Shown: in pieces, positions 29,850 through 44,172 of the stretch
Layout of the letters: each line of letters starts with the position of its first letter
Numbering within the stretch: the stretch's first letter is position 1
Assembly: GCA_964016885.1 (NCBI GenBank)
Contig: OZ024740.1
Coordinates: 304,296,001-304,360,000, forward strand
Source of the DNA: Eledone cirrhosa
Lineage: Eukaryota
DNA: 64,000 nt
Reading direction: 5' to 3'
Notes under the pieces: model-generated
Database searches by the model: none
Told to the model about the DNA's origin: nothing
The model's input: only the letters and a program-made list of their open reading frames with translations
Position numbers and translations under genes: made by a program

Positions 29850-32663
29850 TTAACTGCTAGCTACTCCTGTGTATCTGCTACTTAGAATATTTAGCTTCCT
29901 TGTTAGCCTACTTGTGATCCCACTTATACCTCTCGTGTACGTATAGTTTACATTGAGTACACCATATAGGATTCCTACTAATTCCTTTTCTGCATTTTGA
30001 ATAATCTATCACAATACAATTTAATTATTTCAGTTGTTACCTTGTCTATTAATTGTGTGTCAATTTCCAGTTAAATTAAAAGTTGTGATATGTTTGTTTA
30101 CTGAGTTAGGAATTCTTATGTATGAAGCTGTTAGGAGAGTTAGATGACTTGCTCAAGGGACACAACCCGCTATCAACAGCTGGATGTACATTCAGAAATA
30201 GGCGAGGTATGCGAAGGAAAATTACTGATGGACATTTCAATAGTTTTTACACCTTGTAGGGTACTAATAGATTTTAGAGCTTTTGGTTAAAATCAAATCA
30301 CTTGATAACTGCCTGGTCTATATAATTTTTATAAATTTTGTGATTCTTTTCATCTTGACAGATATTATCTGCCTCGACACAAGGTTCTTTTGGTATAGTA
30401 TAAAGCTTATCTCTGGTATGTTATTGATACTCTTCCAGTGATTTGCTTTTAACTTGGAAATATAAGATATAAATCTATTGTGTGTAAAGAATATAGTCCA
30501 GCGTTAGGAGTGGTGTCTAAATTTACACTTACACTTGCTGGCTCTATTTTTAGAATTTGCTTAGTGTTTTAATTTTTTTTAAATAGGAAGCAACCTCAGA
30601 AATGTTGACATCCAGTTTATTTACAAGTTCCTGCAGTATTTAAAGAGTAGATGACCCCTCTCTCTCTCAGCTGTGCATTCTTTCCCACTCTTGCCTTTCT
30701 ATGGCTGCTCTCGGAGCACACTATCTTTCCAATAGCAATCCTTTGTAGATTCTATAGCTACCCTACAAATATGCTGTACAACTCGGTAATTCTCTAAACC
30801 CCCTCCCCACTTAACTCAACATTCTGTACTGCCTGAAATTGCATTAAGTACAAAAAAGCACTATTGAGTGCATTGGATTGGATCTGGACTTGAAAACTTT
30901 GGTCAGTTTTAGATAATAACTTAATAAATATGTAGTTGTGACCATAAAATTTGCAGCTGGTATTCATCCAGATTTTCTAATGAACTTTGGGATATAAAAT
31001 TGCAAAACAATCCTGAATTTACTTGTGGCATAAATAAAGTAGGGATTTTTCCTTGTTGTTTGTATTTCCTTACCCTTTATAGATACTGTTCCTTGATATG
31101 TTAAATTATCCAGTGTCCTTAATAAGCTCAATCCTCTGATTGAACTGTTGCAGGAAACTGTTAGGCATTAGATTACAATCATGGTTATCTCCACACACAT
31201 CTATACCTTACTACCAGCATTTTAGAGTATAGTCACTAGAATAATAAAAAAAAGGAATGGAAGAAGTTTAGAGAGCTGTTTTGTCTGTTAAAATCGAAGG
31301 GCTTTTTGCAATATGTGAAAAGCAGACTGTATGACTTATATAGCAAGTCTAGTGTATGCCAGTGTGTCATAAATGATCTTTTCAATATGCAATTTTCACA
31401 AAAGGTAAGGAACAAGTCAAGAGATTGATTAGACAGTAAAAATTGGTCAAAATGTGCAGGAAAAATAACTTTGTTTTAGAGTTTGGATGAGAATTAACAA
31501 GTGTGAACTGAGTGAAATAAATACTATAGTGGGGAGGTAAAGTATGAGGATGCCAAGCCTTGCAGAAGATATGGTAAAAGACTGAGACAAATGTTATGTT
31601 TTCACAGCAGGCCAACTTAACAGCATGGGAATATGATCCTGATTGACAAATTTTAATCTTTGTTTCTCCTAACACTATAAACTAAACATGTTTCTCTTGA
31701 TGACATATCTTAACGTCGGTGTGAGTGGTTTGGTTTGGTTTGGTTTGGTTTAAACGGAATGTGGGGGAGAGAATTTTGGCTGGATATGGCCAGTTTAAAT
31801 GCTAAAGGATAGTTTTAGACAATAATACCATAACCCAAAATTACAGTTATTACTATCTAAAAAAATATTTGTTAATTTTCTGGTTAAGTTTGTTGCTAAT
31901 TCTGGGCATCATGTGGAATAAGGAAGGGCACAAACAACTTCAAACAGGTCTAAGTTTGCATTTGAATATTGAAAAGAAAATTTTATAAACTATACTGGAG
32001 TGGAAAAAAAACAATGAAAGATTGGTTTGGCTGGCATTGCCTCTTGTAATGTCTTTAGTTTCATTATCCTAATTGTGAGATGTTAAGAATTATACAGCAT
32101 TTTCACTATATCATTGCTGTAATATTCAGTCTGTGACTGTTTAACCCTGTTCATACCAAACTGCATGAAACCACATAGGCAGGATATTCTTTAAAATTAC
32201 AAATCAGTACTATGACTGCATCACATTAAAAATATTTTGTATGGCTACAAATGTTCTCAACAATCTGATTCTCAAATAATTTTGAAAATAATCAAGAATT
32301 TGGAGCAATTTAATAACAATCAACTTCCTCCAAATTCTTGATTATTTTCAAAATTATTTGAGAATCAGATTGTGTTCATTAGAAGTATGATAACCAAAAG
32401 GTTAATATGTGGCTACTATATAACCAGTTCCATGACATATAAAATGAATTGCAGTATTTAATTTTATCTGTTATATTCTAAGTTTATAACCTACCACTAT
32501 GATCTAAATTTATCAACACTGGATGGATGAGAAGCAAAGTACTAGTGTTGAGTTCATTCCCCAAAATTGGTAGCCTTGTTTCTATGTTAGAAAATGTCAA
32601 TATATTTCATTTCTTTGTGTGTAGATGTGTATAAGATTTGTTTGTCATTTATTTATTTTATAG

Positions 32664-32815
32664 ATACTTTAATGAATTTAATGTTCCTGATTTTGCTCGA
32701 TCCGGAAATGTTGCCACTGAGAATGTTGTTATAAAAGCGGGGCCATTGGCAGATTTTTCCCATTCCATGGAACCGCAACTTCGACAGCTTGGGCTTCCAA
32801 CCAGCCTTAATAGAG
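32664..32815 (+). CDS. MRTO4: MRTO4 (mRNA turnover protein 4, ribosome assembly factor Mrt4) internal exon
   Basis: ttttatag|A...G|gttagt, 152 bp. Encodes YFNEFNVPDFARSGNVATENVVIKAGPLADFSHSMEPQLRQLGLPTSLNRG, with the MRT4 motif HSMEPQLRQLGLPT. Confidence 0.95.
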
Positions 32816-34212
32816 GTTAGTTATGTATATTAACCTTTCTTAATTTGTTTGAGATCCTCCCCTAATTTTCAGATTTTTTTTATTTATAATATAATTATGA
32901 TAAATGATTAATTTAATTACAAGAGACCTCTGGCGTTAAGCAGTAATACAGAAGACTCGAGTTCCCACGGGTACAAGACGAAGCTGAAGCATATAGACAA
33001 TATGCCCCTCCCACTGTAAAGTGGTCGTGTAGGTGTTATGACAAAAAGCACCCAGTACTCACTGTAAATGAGACTGGTGTTAGGAAGGGCATCCAGCTGT
33101 AGAAACCGAGCCAAAATCAGTCCTGTATGAGCAAGACATGTTGACCTGACCTGGCATTGCCCACAACAGTATAACCTGTCTAACCCATGCTAGCGTGGAA
33201 ACATTGACGTAAAAATGATGATGACGATGAATTTTCTTATGTTTCAAATATCTACTTAAAAATGTAAATGTTAATTATTTTACTAAATCCTTCCCAAGTT
33301 TTGATTATTCTAAAAATTAATTGAAATAGACTGGATATTTTATGGTCAATTTAAATTGTCAGTTATTTATTTTTTGCTAATTTTTTTTCTAAGAATATTA
33401 ATTCTGTTGCTAGTCTTACAGGAACCCCTGTCCTATCATGTTGTACAGCTCATATCTTTGTGGGTTTAGCTGTCCCCCTACAAGGTTGTAACTCCTAGGA
33501 GGTTTCTCCAGTGTTTCAATGATAAGGGTCCCAGTCTAATCACACCTTATGTTAAACCAAGTGTGAGAATATATTATTTTTATATTTTAATTTTCAAACC
33601 ATTTGATAAAATAAATAACAAACATGTACTGGAATCGATTCAATCAATTCCATCATTATTATTAGAAAACGAAATAGTACAAGTACTTTCTCTGTCTCAT
33701 CCAAGAGGAAGATTCAAATAGATAATCAATTTAATTGAAGATTTATTTGGCTGTTTGACGGTATTTAATTGTGTTCAGTTCAAGATCAACTTTGCTTATA
33801 ATTGTTCTGCCATTGGTTAAAACAAAATAGTTGAGTCAATATACTTGGCTGTATCCTTCCTGTCGAGGCATGTGGCCTAGTGGTAAGATTGTTGGACTTA
33901 ATGATGATCATAATGTCATGGGTTTGATCCCTGTATATTGCGTTCTTGAGCAAAACATTTCATTTCATGTTACTCCAGTAAACGCAACTGAAATGAGTAC
34001 CAGTAATAGCTGGAGGTTTAACCCTGTGATGGACTGGCATCCTGTCTAGGGGAGAGTCTTGTACTCCCAGTTGCTTCACACCACAAAACTGGGATAAGCA
34101 CCAGCCTGATAAGCCCCCTGGCTTAAGACGGACTTTAGTATCCTTCGTGGAAATTCATGGCCTTGTGTCAATGTGAATAATTAACTTTATTATTATTATT
34201 ATCATCCTTTAG

Positions 34213-34289
34213 GTGTTATTAACTTGACTAAAGATTACCAAGTCTGTGCAGAAGGAGAGAAGTTAGCTCCAGAACAAACCAGAATCTTG
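34213..34289 (+). CDS. MRTO4: MRTO4 exon
   Basis: ctttag|GT...TTG|gtaagt, 77 bp, phase-compatible. Encodes (G)VINLTKDYQVCAEGEKLAPEQTRIL. Confidence 0.93.
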
Positions 34290-35614
34290 GTAAGTAACTA
34301 ATTTTGTGGCTTTATGAATTTTAATGAAAAGCTAAACATTTTGTCTTACATTTTCTTGTTGCAGTCATTACAACTTTATCATGAGTTTATTAACCCTTTA
34401 GTTACCAACCCAGACAAAACCAGTCCTGATTCTATGAAATAAAACCACCCATTTTAAAGGTTTCCAATTTAAATTAAAATCTTCCAATATAATTTTATAT
34501 AAGAACCTTACATTAAGTTACTATTTTAGTAATGGAATAATTAATAATTTTAGTAAATCCCTCAAAATTATTCATTAATTAATTAAAATAGTGTATTTCA
34601 TTAGAAATGCAGTATGAAAGGGTTAAATCCTTATGTATGAACAATGTTATGGCATTCTGGCAAATAATTAAGAAGTGGTAGAATGAGTGAAATGATGTGG
34701 TCATAATTAGATGAATACCTGTATAGTAATCAGTTTTATTTTTAAAAGCAACACAGTTACAAAACCATACCAGTGGAAGATATCCTTTATAAAAATTGTT
34801 TTAGTAAATGTTGAAAGAATTATCTCCCTTTGTTCATTTCTCAGTAGTCTCAAATTTCACGTTATCAAAAAAATTAACTTTGCAATCAGTAGCTGGAGCT
34901 ATCATCAGTATTTCTATGTCTGCTTTCTGTGTTGGAACGTTGTCGTGGTCTGACTCAGTCCTTATTTAGAGCTATTGTCATCCTAGGCTGTCCAGAAGAC
35001 CATATTTTGCTCACAAATTCCATTTCTAGGGCTGTGAAATGTTCACTTATGTTTTTGCAACCTGTATTTGTTATGTCTCTCATACATGGCTTGTGTTGTT
35101 GTTGTTGTTACTACTGCTGGTGCTGCTATTAATATTATTATCGAAGGTGGAAATGGTACTCTATTTGGCAGAACCATTAGAGCATCAGACAAAATGCTTT
35201 GCAACACTCAATCCAGATCTTTATCTCCCGAGTTCAAATTCCACCACAGTGAACTTAGCCTTCATTTTTTCGGGATTGATAAAATAAAGTACCAGTTGTA
35301 CTGGGGTCAGAGTTTCCTCTTCCTCCAAATTGTTGGCTTTGTGCCAATGTTAGAAAGGACTATTGAAGGTAGAATTGTTAGAGCACTAGTGATATTTAAA
35401 ATCTGCTAGGGTTCACCTTACTTTTTACTTTCATGATGCATGGGAGAGAGTTTAGCTGGCAGAGGTGATAAACACAACCTATTTGGGCCATTTTGTAGGC
35501 CAGCAGGAGCTCACCACACTGCCCAGCTCAGGTATACCGACCCTCTGCACAACCTATTTGAGCCATTTTGTAATTCTATTTTCATTGCATTGACCAAATA
35601 TTTTTGTCTTACAG

Positions 35615-35711
35615 AAATTATTAGGAAACATGATGGCTGAGTTCCGAATCACCATGGAAGGAATGTGGTCTAATGATGGTTCCTGGGAGGTTTTTAAAAC
35701 CAACTCTTCTT
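35615..35711 (+). CDS. MRTO4: MRTO4 exon
   Basis: cttacag|AAA...T|gtaagg. Encodes KLLGNMMAEFRITMEGMWSNDGSWEVFKTNSS, matching the MRT4 pattern KLxGxxMAEF..W. Confidence 0.9.
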
Positions 35712-35892
35712 GTAAGGAATATTTTTCATTAAAATTTAGGATCTAGGTTACCAATTACATATATTTTTAGTTTTTGGCTTAGGGGTTGGATAGGCTTGCA
35801 AGTGGGAGGTTGTAATTTTGATTCTCAGCTTGGGTAATGGGTTGTGTCCTTGAGCAAAACATTTTATTTCACATTATTCCAGTTTATTCAGC

Positions 35893-36265
35893 CATGTCCA
35901 GCCCCTAACAGCATCTCAGGAAGAAACCAGACTACAGCTATGGACTAGAAAGCTAGAGAATGACTCCCCTCCTATTGACATGGGAATCCCTCCCTCCTGG
36001 CTCAGAAGCACCATGGGTCCAGTGGAAGACACTCAACCGTCTGAGAACAGCTACTATGGCCAGATGGGGTTACAAGACCAGCCCAACCATCTGTGAATGC
36101 GGAGAAGAGGACCATACAATGCAGCACTGCCTTGTTTGCTCTCTACTACCCAACCAGTGCAGCTTAAAAGATGTCGCAGAATTTAATAATAATGCAAAGG
36201 ACTGTGTAAAGAAATGGGGGAAACTGTCATATAACCACATGCTTCGAAGATACGAAAAGAAGAAA
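35893..36265 (+). mobile_element. 3' fragment of an Ingi/Vingi-like LINE inserted into a SINE
   Basis: LPPG..WKTLNRLRT..RWGY..CECG..TMQHCLVC C-terminal motif and a GAAAAGAAGAA tail. It interrupts the SINE motif TTCAGC|TGTAGAAATG. Confidence 0.65.
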
Positions 36266-37877
36266 CTGTAGAAATGAAGTGCGACGTCACTAGTGCCAAG
36301 TTGTATCAGCCTTTGCTTTTCCCTTGGACAACATCAGTGGCATGGAGAGAGGAGACTGGTATGCATGGGTGACTACTGGTCATCCATAAACAACCTTGCC
36401 CGAAATTATGCCTCAGAAGGAAACTTTCTAGGTGCAAATCTCATTGTCGTTCATGACTGCAAGGGGTCTTTTCCCTTTACTTTGCAGTTTAGATGTTGTT
36501 TATGTCTTTAGATAAATTTGTATGGCATGAGGAAGGACAAACCCTGTGTTTCAGGAATTATACTTTGACCGAGAGAAAAAATAATTTTTAAACTAGAGCA
36601 TTAAATGGTATTGAGAATATATTATAACAGAGGAGGTGAGTGTGTGAAGGGCTTAGCGTACAAGGGGATTGTAATGAATAATAAAAAAAATCTTGATTCC
36701 TATAATAAAAATCTATTCAGTTTTAAAATACTTCTTGGAACACTGCTGTATACTCCAATCCATCATAATTACTGTCCTCTGGCTAGTTGAACACATCCTT
36801 AATTAGTTGTTTTACCTTCTGACAATTTTTACTTGGAGATAGATATGAGCTTTAATGTGGGCCTCAACTATACTAATTTCTTTGTAGACCAGATTGCAAC
36901 CCTAATTTTTCAGAGATGAATTAAACTGTTTAATCTTCTACACCACCACTTTGTGGCTATAAACTGACATACATACTACAGCCACAAGAGACACTGCAAC
37001 ATCCGGAGTACATAGAAAATTGTTAACATTGCAAATGTTTTGCCTGTTTACTGACGCCATATTTAACCAACATAATGAACATTTACATCTGAACAATATA
37101 TTAGATCCATCATGAGTTGTACTTTGTTTATCTCTCCACAATAAGCTACAAAGAACATAAGATAGTGCATTGCACGTATTCCTAGGTTACATCCAATCCA
37201 CTACCGCTGGACAATTACATTAACTCTTAGCATTTACATTACTCTATATTTACTATTGTATTTTCACATAATATCGAATCTGAGATTTTGATATTATTTA
37301 TTTTGTGAACAATACCTTCACGTAAGTATGAGCAGCCAGTTACGGCTAGTTTGAACAGAAAGAGGTGAGGTTATTCTGATCGGATATGGCCAGTTCAAAT
37401 GCTAAAGGGTGAAAAAATAAAAGTACTGAAAATCCAGAATTATTTAACCCCAAGTCAGTCTTGATCAAATAGACAAATGTTCAAAAATATTCCAGTTATG
37501 ACTATCCTTTCTTCTCTTATATCGCAAAGTGTATTTAGTACTGTGTTATCCTGTCTGAACTTCATTTTTTTAAGGCAAGTGGGGGCTTTGACATAGATAT
37601 CATTGTCTTTTCTTGCAGATTGGGTCACCACATGGAAATTAACTGGTATTTACTGATGCTAATAGAATTATACAGATGATACTGTAATCCTCTTCCTACA
37701 CACATTAGGAAGTTATCTATTAATTTATTCTGACACAACACAACTAATCTTTAACTTTCATAATTTGTTTATTCCTGAAATTTTTTACAAATTAAACCTT
37801 TAAACTATTCTCCTTCATCCTTCTCTTTCTTTCTCATACATACAGATATTATAATATGTCATATTTTATTATTTCAG

Positions 37878-37936
37878 TGAATGAAAATGCTGATCCACAG
37901 AAAGCCGATGAAAATGAAATCAGTGGAGACTCTTAG
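37878..37936 (+). CDS. MRTO4: MRTO4 probable terminal coding exon (acidic tail)
   Basis: atttcag|TG, in phase with the previous exon. Encodes (L)NENADPQKADENEISGDS*. AATAAA follows at 37969. Confidence 0.75.
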
Positions 37937-37968
37937 TATAAACTATATTTCACTGAGATTACTGTGTA

Positions 37969-37974
37969 AATAAA
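37969..37974 (+). promoter_or_regulatory. Probable MRTO4 polyadenylation signal
   Basis: AATAAA 32 nt after the stop codon, followed by a T-rich tract. Confidence 0.6.
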
Positions 37975-40900
37975 ATTTTTACAAAAATGTTTTTTTTTCT
38001 TCTTCATCCCTTATGAAAATAGATTTTTGATTGGTATTTCAGCAATTTTAGAATAAATGAACTTCATTTAGTTTGCAGCTACTAAAAAGTCATACATGGA
38101 AAACTGAAACATTTTCTCTGTTTTCAATGTTGAGAAAGAGAAGAAATAAAATACATAACACGTAACTCCCTTCACAACTTAGTTGTTATATGCTAAAATT
38201 ATGACTTAAAAGTTAATAACTGTTGTAAAAAAAAGTATTTGATGGTCAGTGTAAGAAGGTTCCATAGCACATACATTTTATTTGTAAATGCATGTGTGTG
38301 CCTTGTGTATATCACAATTTATGTCTTTTTTTGTCCATGCCAATATGGGTTAAACCAGGTCAATATTTAATCGGAGCTACTGTCCTAAATCGCCCCAGAG
38401 GGCACACTTTATATACCAGTATTGGCATGGATTCTGCAACTGGATATCCTTCTTAATGCCAGCCATTTCACATATTTAACATCCCCGTTTTCCAAGTTAG
38501 CAAGAGTTAGACAAGTTGCCCTGTTGTAAGGTAAGTCAGATCAGGTGGCCCTATCTTGCTCATACTGAACTTTTTCTGGCTTGGTTTTTATGGCTGGATG
38601 CCATTCCTAACACCAACTATATTTACAGCATGGGCTGGGTGCTTTTTGTCATGGCACCAAAATGACCAACTAACAGGTTGGACTAGGTACCTTTTCATTG
38701 TGTCACCAGCACAACCACATTACAGGGTGGTACAGATGCTTTTTATTGTGTCACCAACAGGGTGGGTGGACTGGGTGCTTTAGTTGCTAATTACTGTGTT
38801 GCTTATTCATAACAGTTATGTTGCAACATCTCATTGATAAACAGGTGTAAGCAGGTATATATTTATTATAAAAGTAAGCACATGTATGGTCGTCACTTGG
38901 TTACATCCACTTTCCAATCATGAGATTCCAGTATTAATCTCACTATATAGCCCTTCAAGGTGGCGAATTGGCAGTCGTTAGACTCTCAGATAGAATGCTT
39001 TGCAATATTTATTCGTTCTCACTCTCTGCTCTCTCAGTTCAAATTCCATCTAGGTCAATAAAAAAAGTACTAGTTTTGTACTGGGGTCAATTCTACCTCT
39101 ATATCTCTTTATCACTTCCATTCTCTCTCTATCCTCTCTGGAAGAAATCTGCTGTATTCAGATCTGGAGAGATGGTCTCCGACAGGTTCAAAAGGCCCTA
39201 GAAATACTGTATGTTAATACAGCGTCCCTACAACTTGGAAGGGTCTACATAGACCAAGTCAGTACTGAAGCATAGTCAGGGATCTGTGTCTCGCTTTTTG
39301 AACAGTTGATGCTCCAGCGAGTACACAGGAGAGGTCACGTTTTTGACACAACTAAGGATCCTCCCGACCCTTTGTTTGGCAAGATTTCTATGGCTGGATT
39401 CCCTCCCTATCACCAACCACTTTACTGCATATACTGGGTGCATTTATCATGTAGATCTTGACACGGCTGAAGGGTCCTCGATCCTTTGTCTGGCAAGCTT
39501 TCTATGCCTGAAAGTGTACAATTTTAAGTATAATATTCAACGGAATTTAGGCATCTAATTTTAATTGAAGACATTTGTATGTTCACAGGTTACAATTGAC
39601 AACTGGCCATTATACTGAGAACTTGATTGTTTCCCTCTATAAGAATTTTATTTTTTAATAAAATGGCCTAGGGCTTGATTTGACATTTCATTTGACTCAT
39701 AATTTTAAACCTCCATCATGCATTTAGCTGAAACAAGAATTTTCAACGATAGATTTAGACGTTTTGATTATGTTGGCTACCTTACAGAAGGCATAAATAC
39801 AGATTATGCCACTGGCAACTAAATTTTTTCCCTCATAACTTCATGAGATTTTGTTGATAACTTTTCAATGGTATACATCACAATCGTTTTGATGACATTT
39901 AAAAAAAAATTGGCTAAATATAAATTCTGAACAGCTTAATGTCAGAATCTCTAAAGGAGTGGTAAATGTCATTTCAACATCTAGGAATTGCATACAAAAT
40001 TGTTATAATCTACATTTCCAAAAATGTATCTCTGCAAAGTAGGCATTAAGAAAGGAGAAAATAAAATGGGGTGTGGGGCATCAAACTAGTTATACCACCA
40101 CTTGCTACATTCCTTCAACATTTCCTCTGTGAGTCTCAGCAATTTGAGGTCAGCTCTCACCACTTCTGCCCAGGTCTACCTCTACTGCAGCTTCCTTCCA
40201 CTGGGATTTTTGGCACTTCACCCAACTATTATCATCTATGCACATCATGTCCGTACCAACAGTCTTCTCCTGCACACCACTTCAGATTCCCCATAAACCC
40301 AGCTTCTCTCTCTCAGTTCATCCAAGCTCTGCCTTTCTCTCACATTTACATTGCACTTCCAACGGACCGTGGTTGCTTCATTTCTCTGTTGGAATGTCCC
40401 AGGAAAGAATTGCTGGACAGATTTTACGAGCAAAACCAACCAACAAGAGATATATAGATGACATTAGTTATGTATGAGCAAGACATGATTATCTGACCTG
40501 GTTTGTCTCACAATTGGACAACTCATCCAACCCATGGTGGTGGAACTTGGTATGGATAAGTATACGAAAGTTATATAAAAAGCAGATGAGGCGAGGGTCT
40601 ACAAGTACCTGGAGGATAAAGGAAATGCTATACAGCTGGATAATCAAGGAAAATCCACTGGGTGGTTGATTAGCAGAATAAGTAGAGCGTTGAACAGCAT
40701 GTGAGACAGTTACGCCCCTTTACGTTCTGTTCAAATCTCAGGTTTGCTTTGATAATAAATAATGAAATTATTGTGAACAGTGCTCAGGTGCACTACAACT
40801 CGTCAAAAGTGCATGAATAGTACATAGAATAATATTACGAGGTTGATAAAATAAAGCATACACTGGAATTGATTTAATTGACTTTCCTCTCCTCCAAAAT

Positions 40901-42369
40901 TGTTGGTCTTGTGCCTAAATCAGAAACCATTACTAATAATAAACGATGATTCTGATTTAGACACTAACTTGTCTACAATCAATATATAACCTAAATCTGA
41001 AGTTTTAAATACTTCCATGATAGCATGGAGATCTATAAATAAAATGTGAAGAAGATTTATAATATTAATGTTTGTCCTATCAGTTCTTCATCTGGTGACA
41101 TTCAGTAAACTAGATCAAACCAAGTTAATCTTATCATTAGTCATTTTTCATATACTCAAGGAAAGCTTCTACAATTGTGGTATGTTCTGCCACTAGATCA
41201 ACTATATTTTACAAACAAAAGTTATACAATGATGGAAAATATTAAAAAAAGATAAAAACAAAATTAAGTAATGAAAAAAAATGGAGGAAAGAGATAAAGA
41301 AGGACAGATCTCTCTGTATAGGAAAGGACTATAATCAGAAGAAATGGTGGGAAAGAGCAAGGACTAAAGGGAGAGGGTGACAGACTCTACACCTAGGTTG
41401 AGACAGTGTTTCAGTTCTGCCTCGTGGGCAAAACTGCAAAGGCATTTCCACGGACAATGGCCAGCAACAACCACCCAACCTCATGTGGTTGCTGACGTAA
41501 GTTAAGCTCAGAAGCAGACTGTAACTGGTCAAATAACTAAACCACTCTTCATAACACACAGGAGGTCAACCCACACATATAATTCAACTTTTAAACTTAT
41601 TCTCCCATGAAAGGAACAGGTTATGTACTAGTTATCTGACTGTCTGATTCGGCTCAGAAGAAATGATCTGCTGGATGTGCGGTGTGAACACTGAGGATGA
41701 TGTCAGCTCAACTGAGCTCCTGAAAAGACTGCTGATTGAAGACCTCAAGGATGTGCTTCATGGACATTTTTCTCTTTAAATTACCACACTCTTCATTTTA
41801 TGCCACAGGAGTTTACTTACATAACAAATATATATAAATAAATTATCACAAATTCATTATGTAAGCATATGTTGTCATCATCATCGTTTAACATCCATAT
41901 TCCACGCTCGCATGGGTTTGGACGGGAGTTTTCCCACTTGAGGCAAGAGTGGTTGTCTTGCTCGCATAGGACTGTCTGGCGGGTTTTCTACGGCTGGATG
42001 CCCTTCCTAACACCAACCACATTTACAGTGAGGAACTGGGAAGTTTTTACCGTGTTACCTACACGGCCACATTACAGCGTGGACTGTGTGTTTTTTTTGT
42101 CGTGACACCTACACGACCTCGTTTGTTTCGGGCTGGATGTTGTGGTACCAACATAACTTTACATTGAAAGGGGTGGGGGTAGTGGTTGTGTATATATAAA
42201 ATTATAGATTTTTATTCAAATATGTATGTATATATCTATTTATAGGATAAAAAGGATAAAGATTCCATAACTACTTGTGGAGTCGTAGAGGCACTGTCAT
42301 TTGGCGTGTCTAGGGCACTTTTAAACCTGGTGGAGCCCAACCTTCTCCAGGTCTGAAACAGCCAATTTT

Positions 42370-43540
42370 TTTCTATAGGATTGCTAGACAATGTGTCAAG
42401 GAAAACCGTGATATTGTCGGGGAGAAGTGTGTCCGTAATGATAACGGTGTACTTGCCCTCACTGATACTGATAAGAAGATAGCTTGGAAGTGTCACTACG
42501 AGAGACTATTAAATGAGGAGAATAAATGGGAATAAGATAGTCTACCCCACATCGATCCAATAGAAGGACCAGCGGTGCAAGTTAAAGGTAGTATAATAAG
42601 TAAGGCAATCTAAGATATGAAGACAGGCAAGGCAGCTGGGCCTTCGGAGATAGTTGCTGAGATGTTGAAGGCATCTGGAATGGCGGGACATACTATGGTC
42701 ACCCGTATAGTTAACCAAGTAATATAGAATGGGGTCATAGCAAAAGACTGGCGTAGCAGCATCATAATTAACAGCTACAAGGGTAAAAGGGATGCTCTAG
42801 ATAGGGGAAACTATAGAGGCATTAAGTGAGTTGACCAGGTCATGAAGGTCACAGAAAGTATTAGTGCAACTAATCAGAGAGCGAATTGATCTAGATGAAA
42901 TGCTGTTTTGGGTTTGTGTCAGGTAAAAGTACCACACATGCTCTTTTCCTTGTACGACAACTACAGGAGAAGTACCTAGCTAAAAGTAAACCCCTCTACT
43001 TACCTTTTGTAGACCTGGAGAAAGCCAGAGTCCCCCGCTCCATTATCTGGTGGGCTCTTAGAAAACTAGGTGTTGATGAATGGCTTGTGAGAGCTATACA
43101 AGTTATGTATAAAGAAACAGTCAGTAAGGTTAGAATTAACAATAAATATTGTGAAGAATTTAGTGTAAAAGTTGGTGTTCATCAAGGCTCAGTCCTTACC
43201 CCCCCCCCCCCCTCCTATTTATTATTGCCCTTCAGGCTATAACAGTGGAGTTTAAGACCGGCTGCCCATGGGAACTCCTATACGCAGATGATCTAACTCT
43301 CATGGCTGAACTAGAGAAGAAATTCCAAACATGGAAGCATGGCCTAGAATCAAAAGGACTTAAAGTTAACTTGTCTAAGACTAAAGTTCTAGTTTGTAGA
43401 AAAGAAAATAGGGCACAGGTGCCCTCAGGGAAATGGCCATGCTCAGTGTGTAGGAAAGGAGTAGGCAGAAATTCCATTTTATGTCCCAAATGCAAACTAT
43501 GGGTACATAAAAGATGTAGTGGGATCACAGGTAAACTAGC
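42370..43540 (+). mobile_element. RTE-clade LINE reverse-transcriptase fragment, decayed
   Basis: FGFVSGKSTTHALFLVRQLQEKY..FVDLEKA..VGVHQGSVL..LLYADDL..KWPCSVCRKGVG..C..C..WVHKRCSG, with stops and frameshifts. Confidence 0.92.
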
Positions 43541-43923
43541 CGTAGAAAACCTGCCAGATAGTCCTATAATGGCAAGACACGGTCACCCGACCAACCTTGC
43601 CTCAAGTGGGACAACTCCCATCTAATCCATGCTAGCGTGGAAGATAGACATTAAACGAAGATGAGATGATGAGAGGAAGAATTGACTCCAGTACAGGACT
43701 GGTACTTTTTTTATCGACATCGAAAGGATGAAAGGTAAAGTTGACCAACGTGGTCAACTTTATCTGGCAGGTTTTCTACGGCTAGTTTACCTGTGATCCC
43801 ACTACATCTTTTATGTACCCATAGTTTGCATTTGGGACATAAAATGGAATTTCTGCCTACTCCTTTATATATGAAAGACGTAAATAAGAAAGTTATGAAA
43901 ATTGACTTACTTACTAAAATTTC

Positions 43924-44001
43924 ACTCCAACTAATTAGTTTCTGTAACGGGATAAATACAGTTATGTAATACTGTAGAGAAGCCTTACGTCATCAGGGAG
44001 T
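43924..44001 (-). ncRNA. Type I hammerhead ribozyme motif (palindromic stem III)
   Basis: Minus strand: ACUCC-CUGAUGA-[47-nt stem II containing GUAA/UUAC and UACAGU/ACUGUA]-GAAA-CUAAUUAG-UU-GGAGU. Stem I is ACUCC/GGAGU, stem III is the perfect palindrome ACUAAUUAGU, and the cleavage triplet is GUU. The first stem II pair is a C-A mismatch. Confidence 0.75.
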
Positions 44002-44172
44002 CTATTTAGTAAGTAAGTCAATTTTCATAACTTTCTTATTTACGTCTTTCATATAATTGTTCTGCATCCCCCTGCATAGAACTACAAAGTTACTAAGACA
44101 AAACATATATATCTGCTAGCGTAGGTATGCATCTGTATACATATGTCGGTAGATATATTAATTCTTTATACT

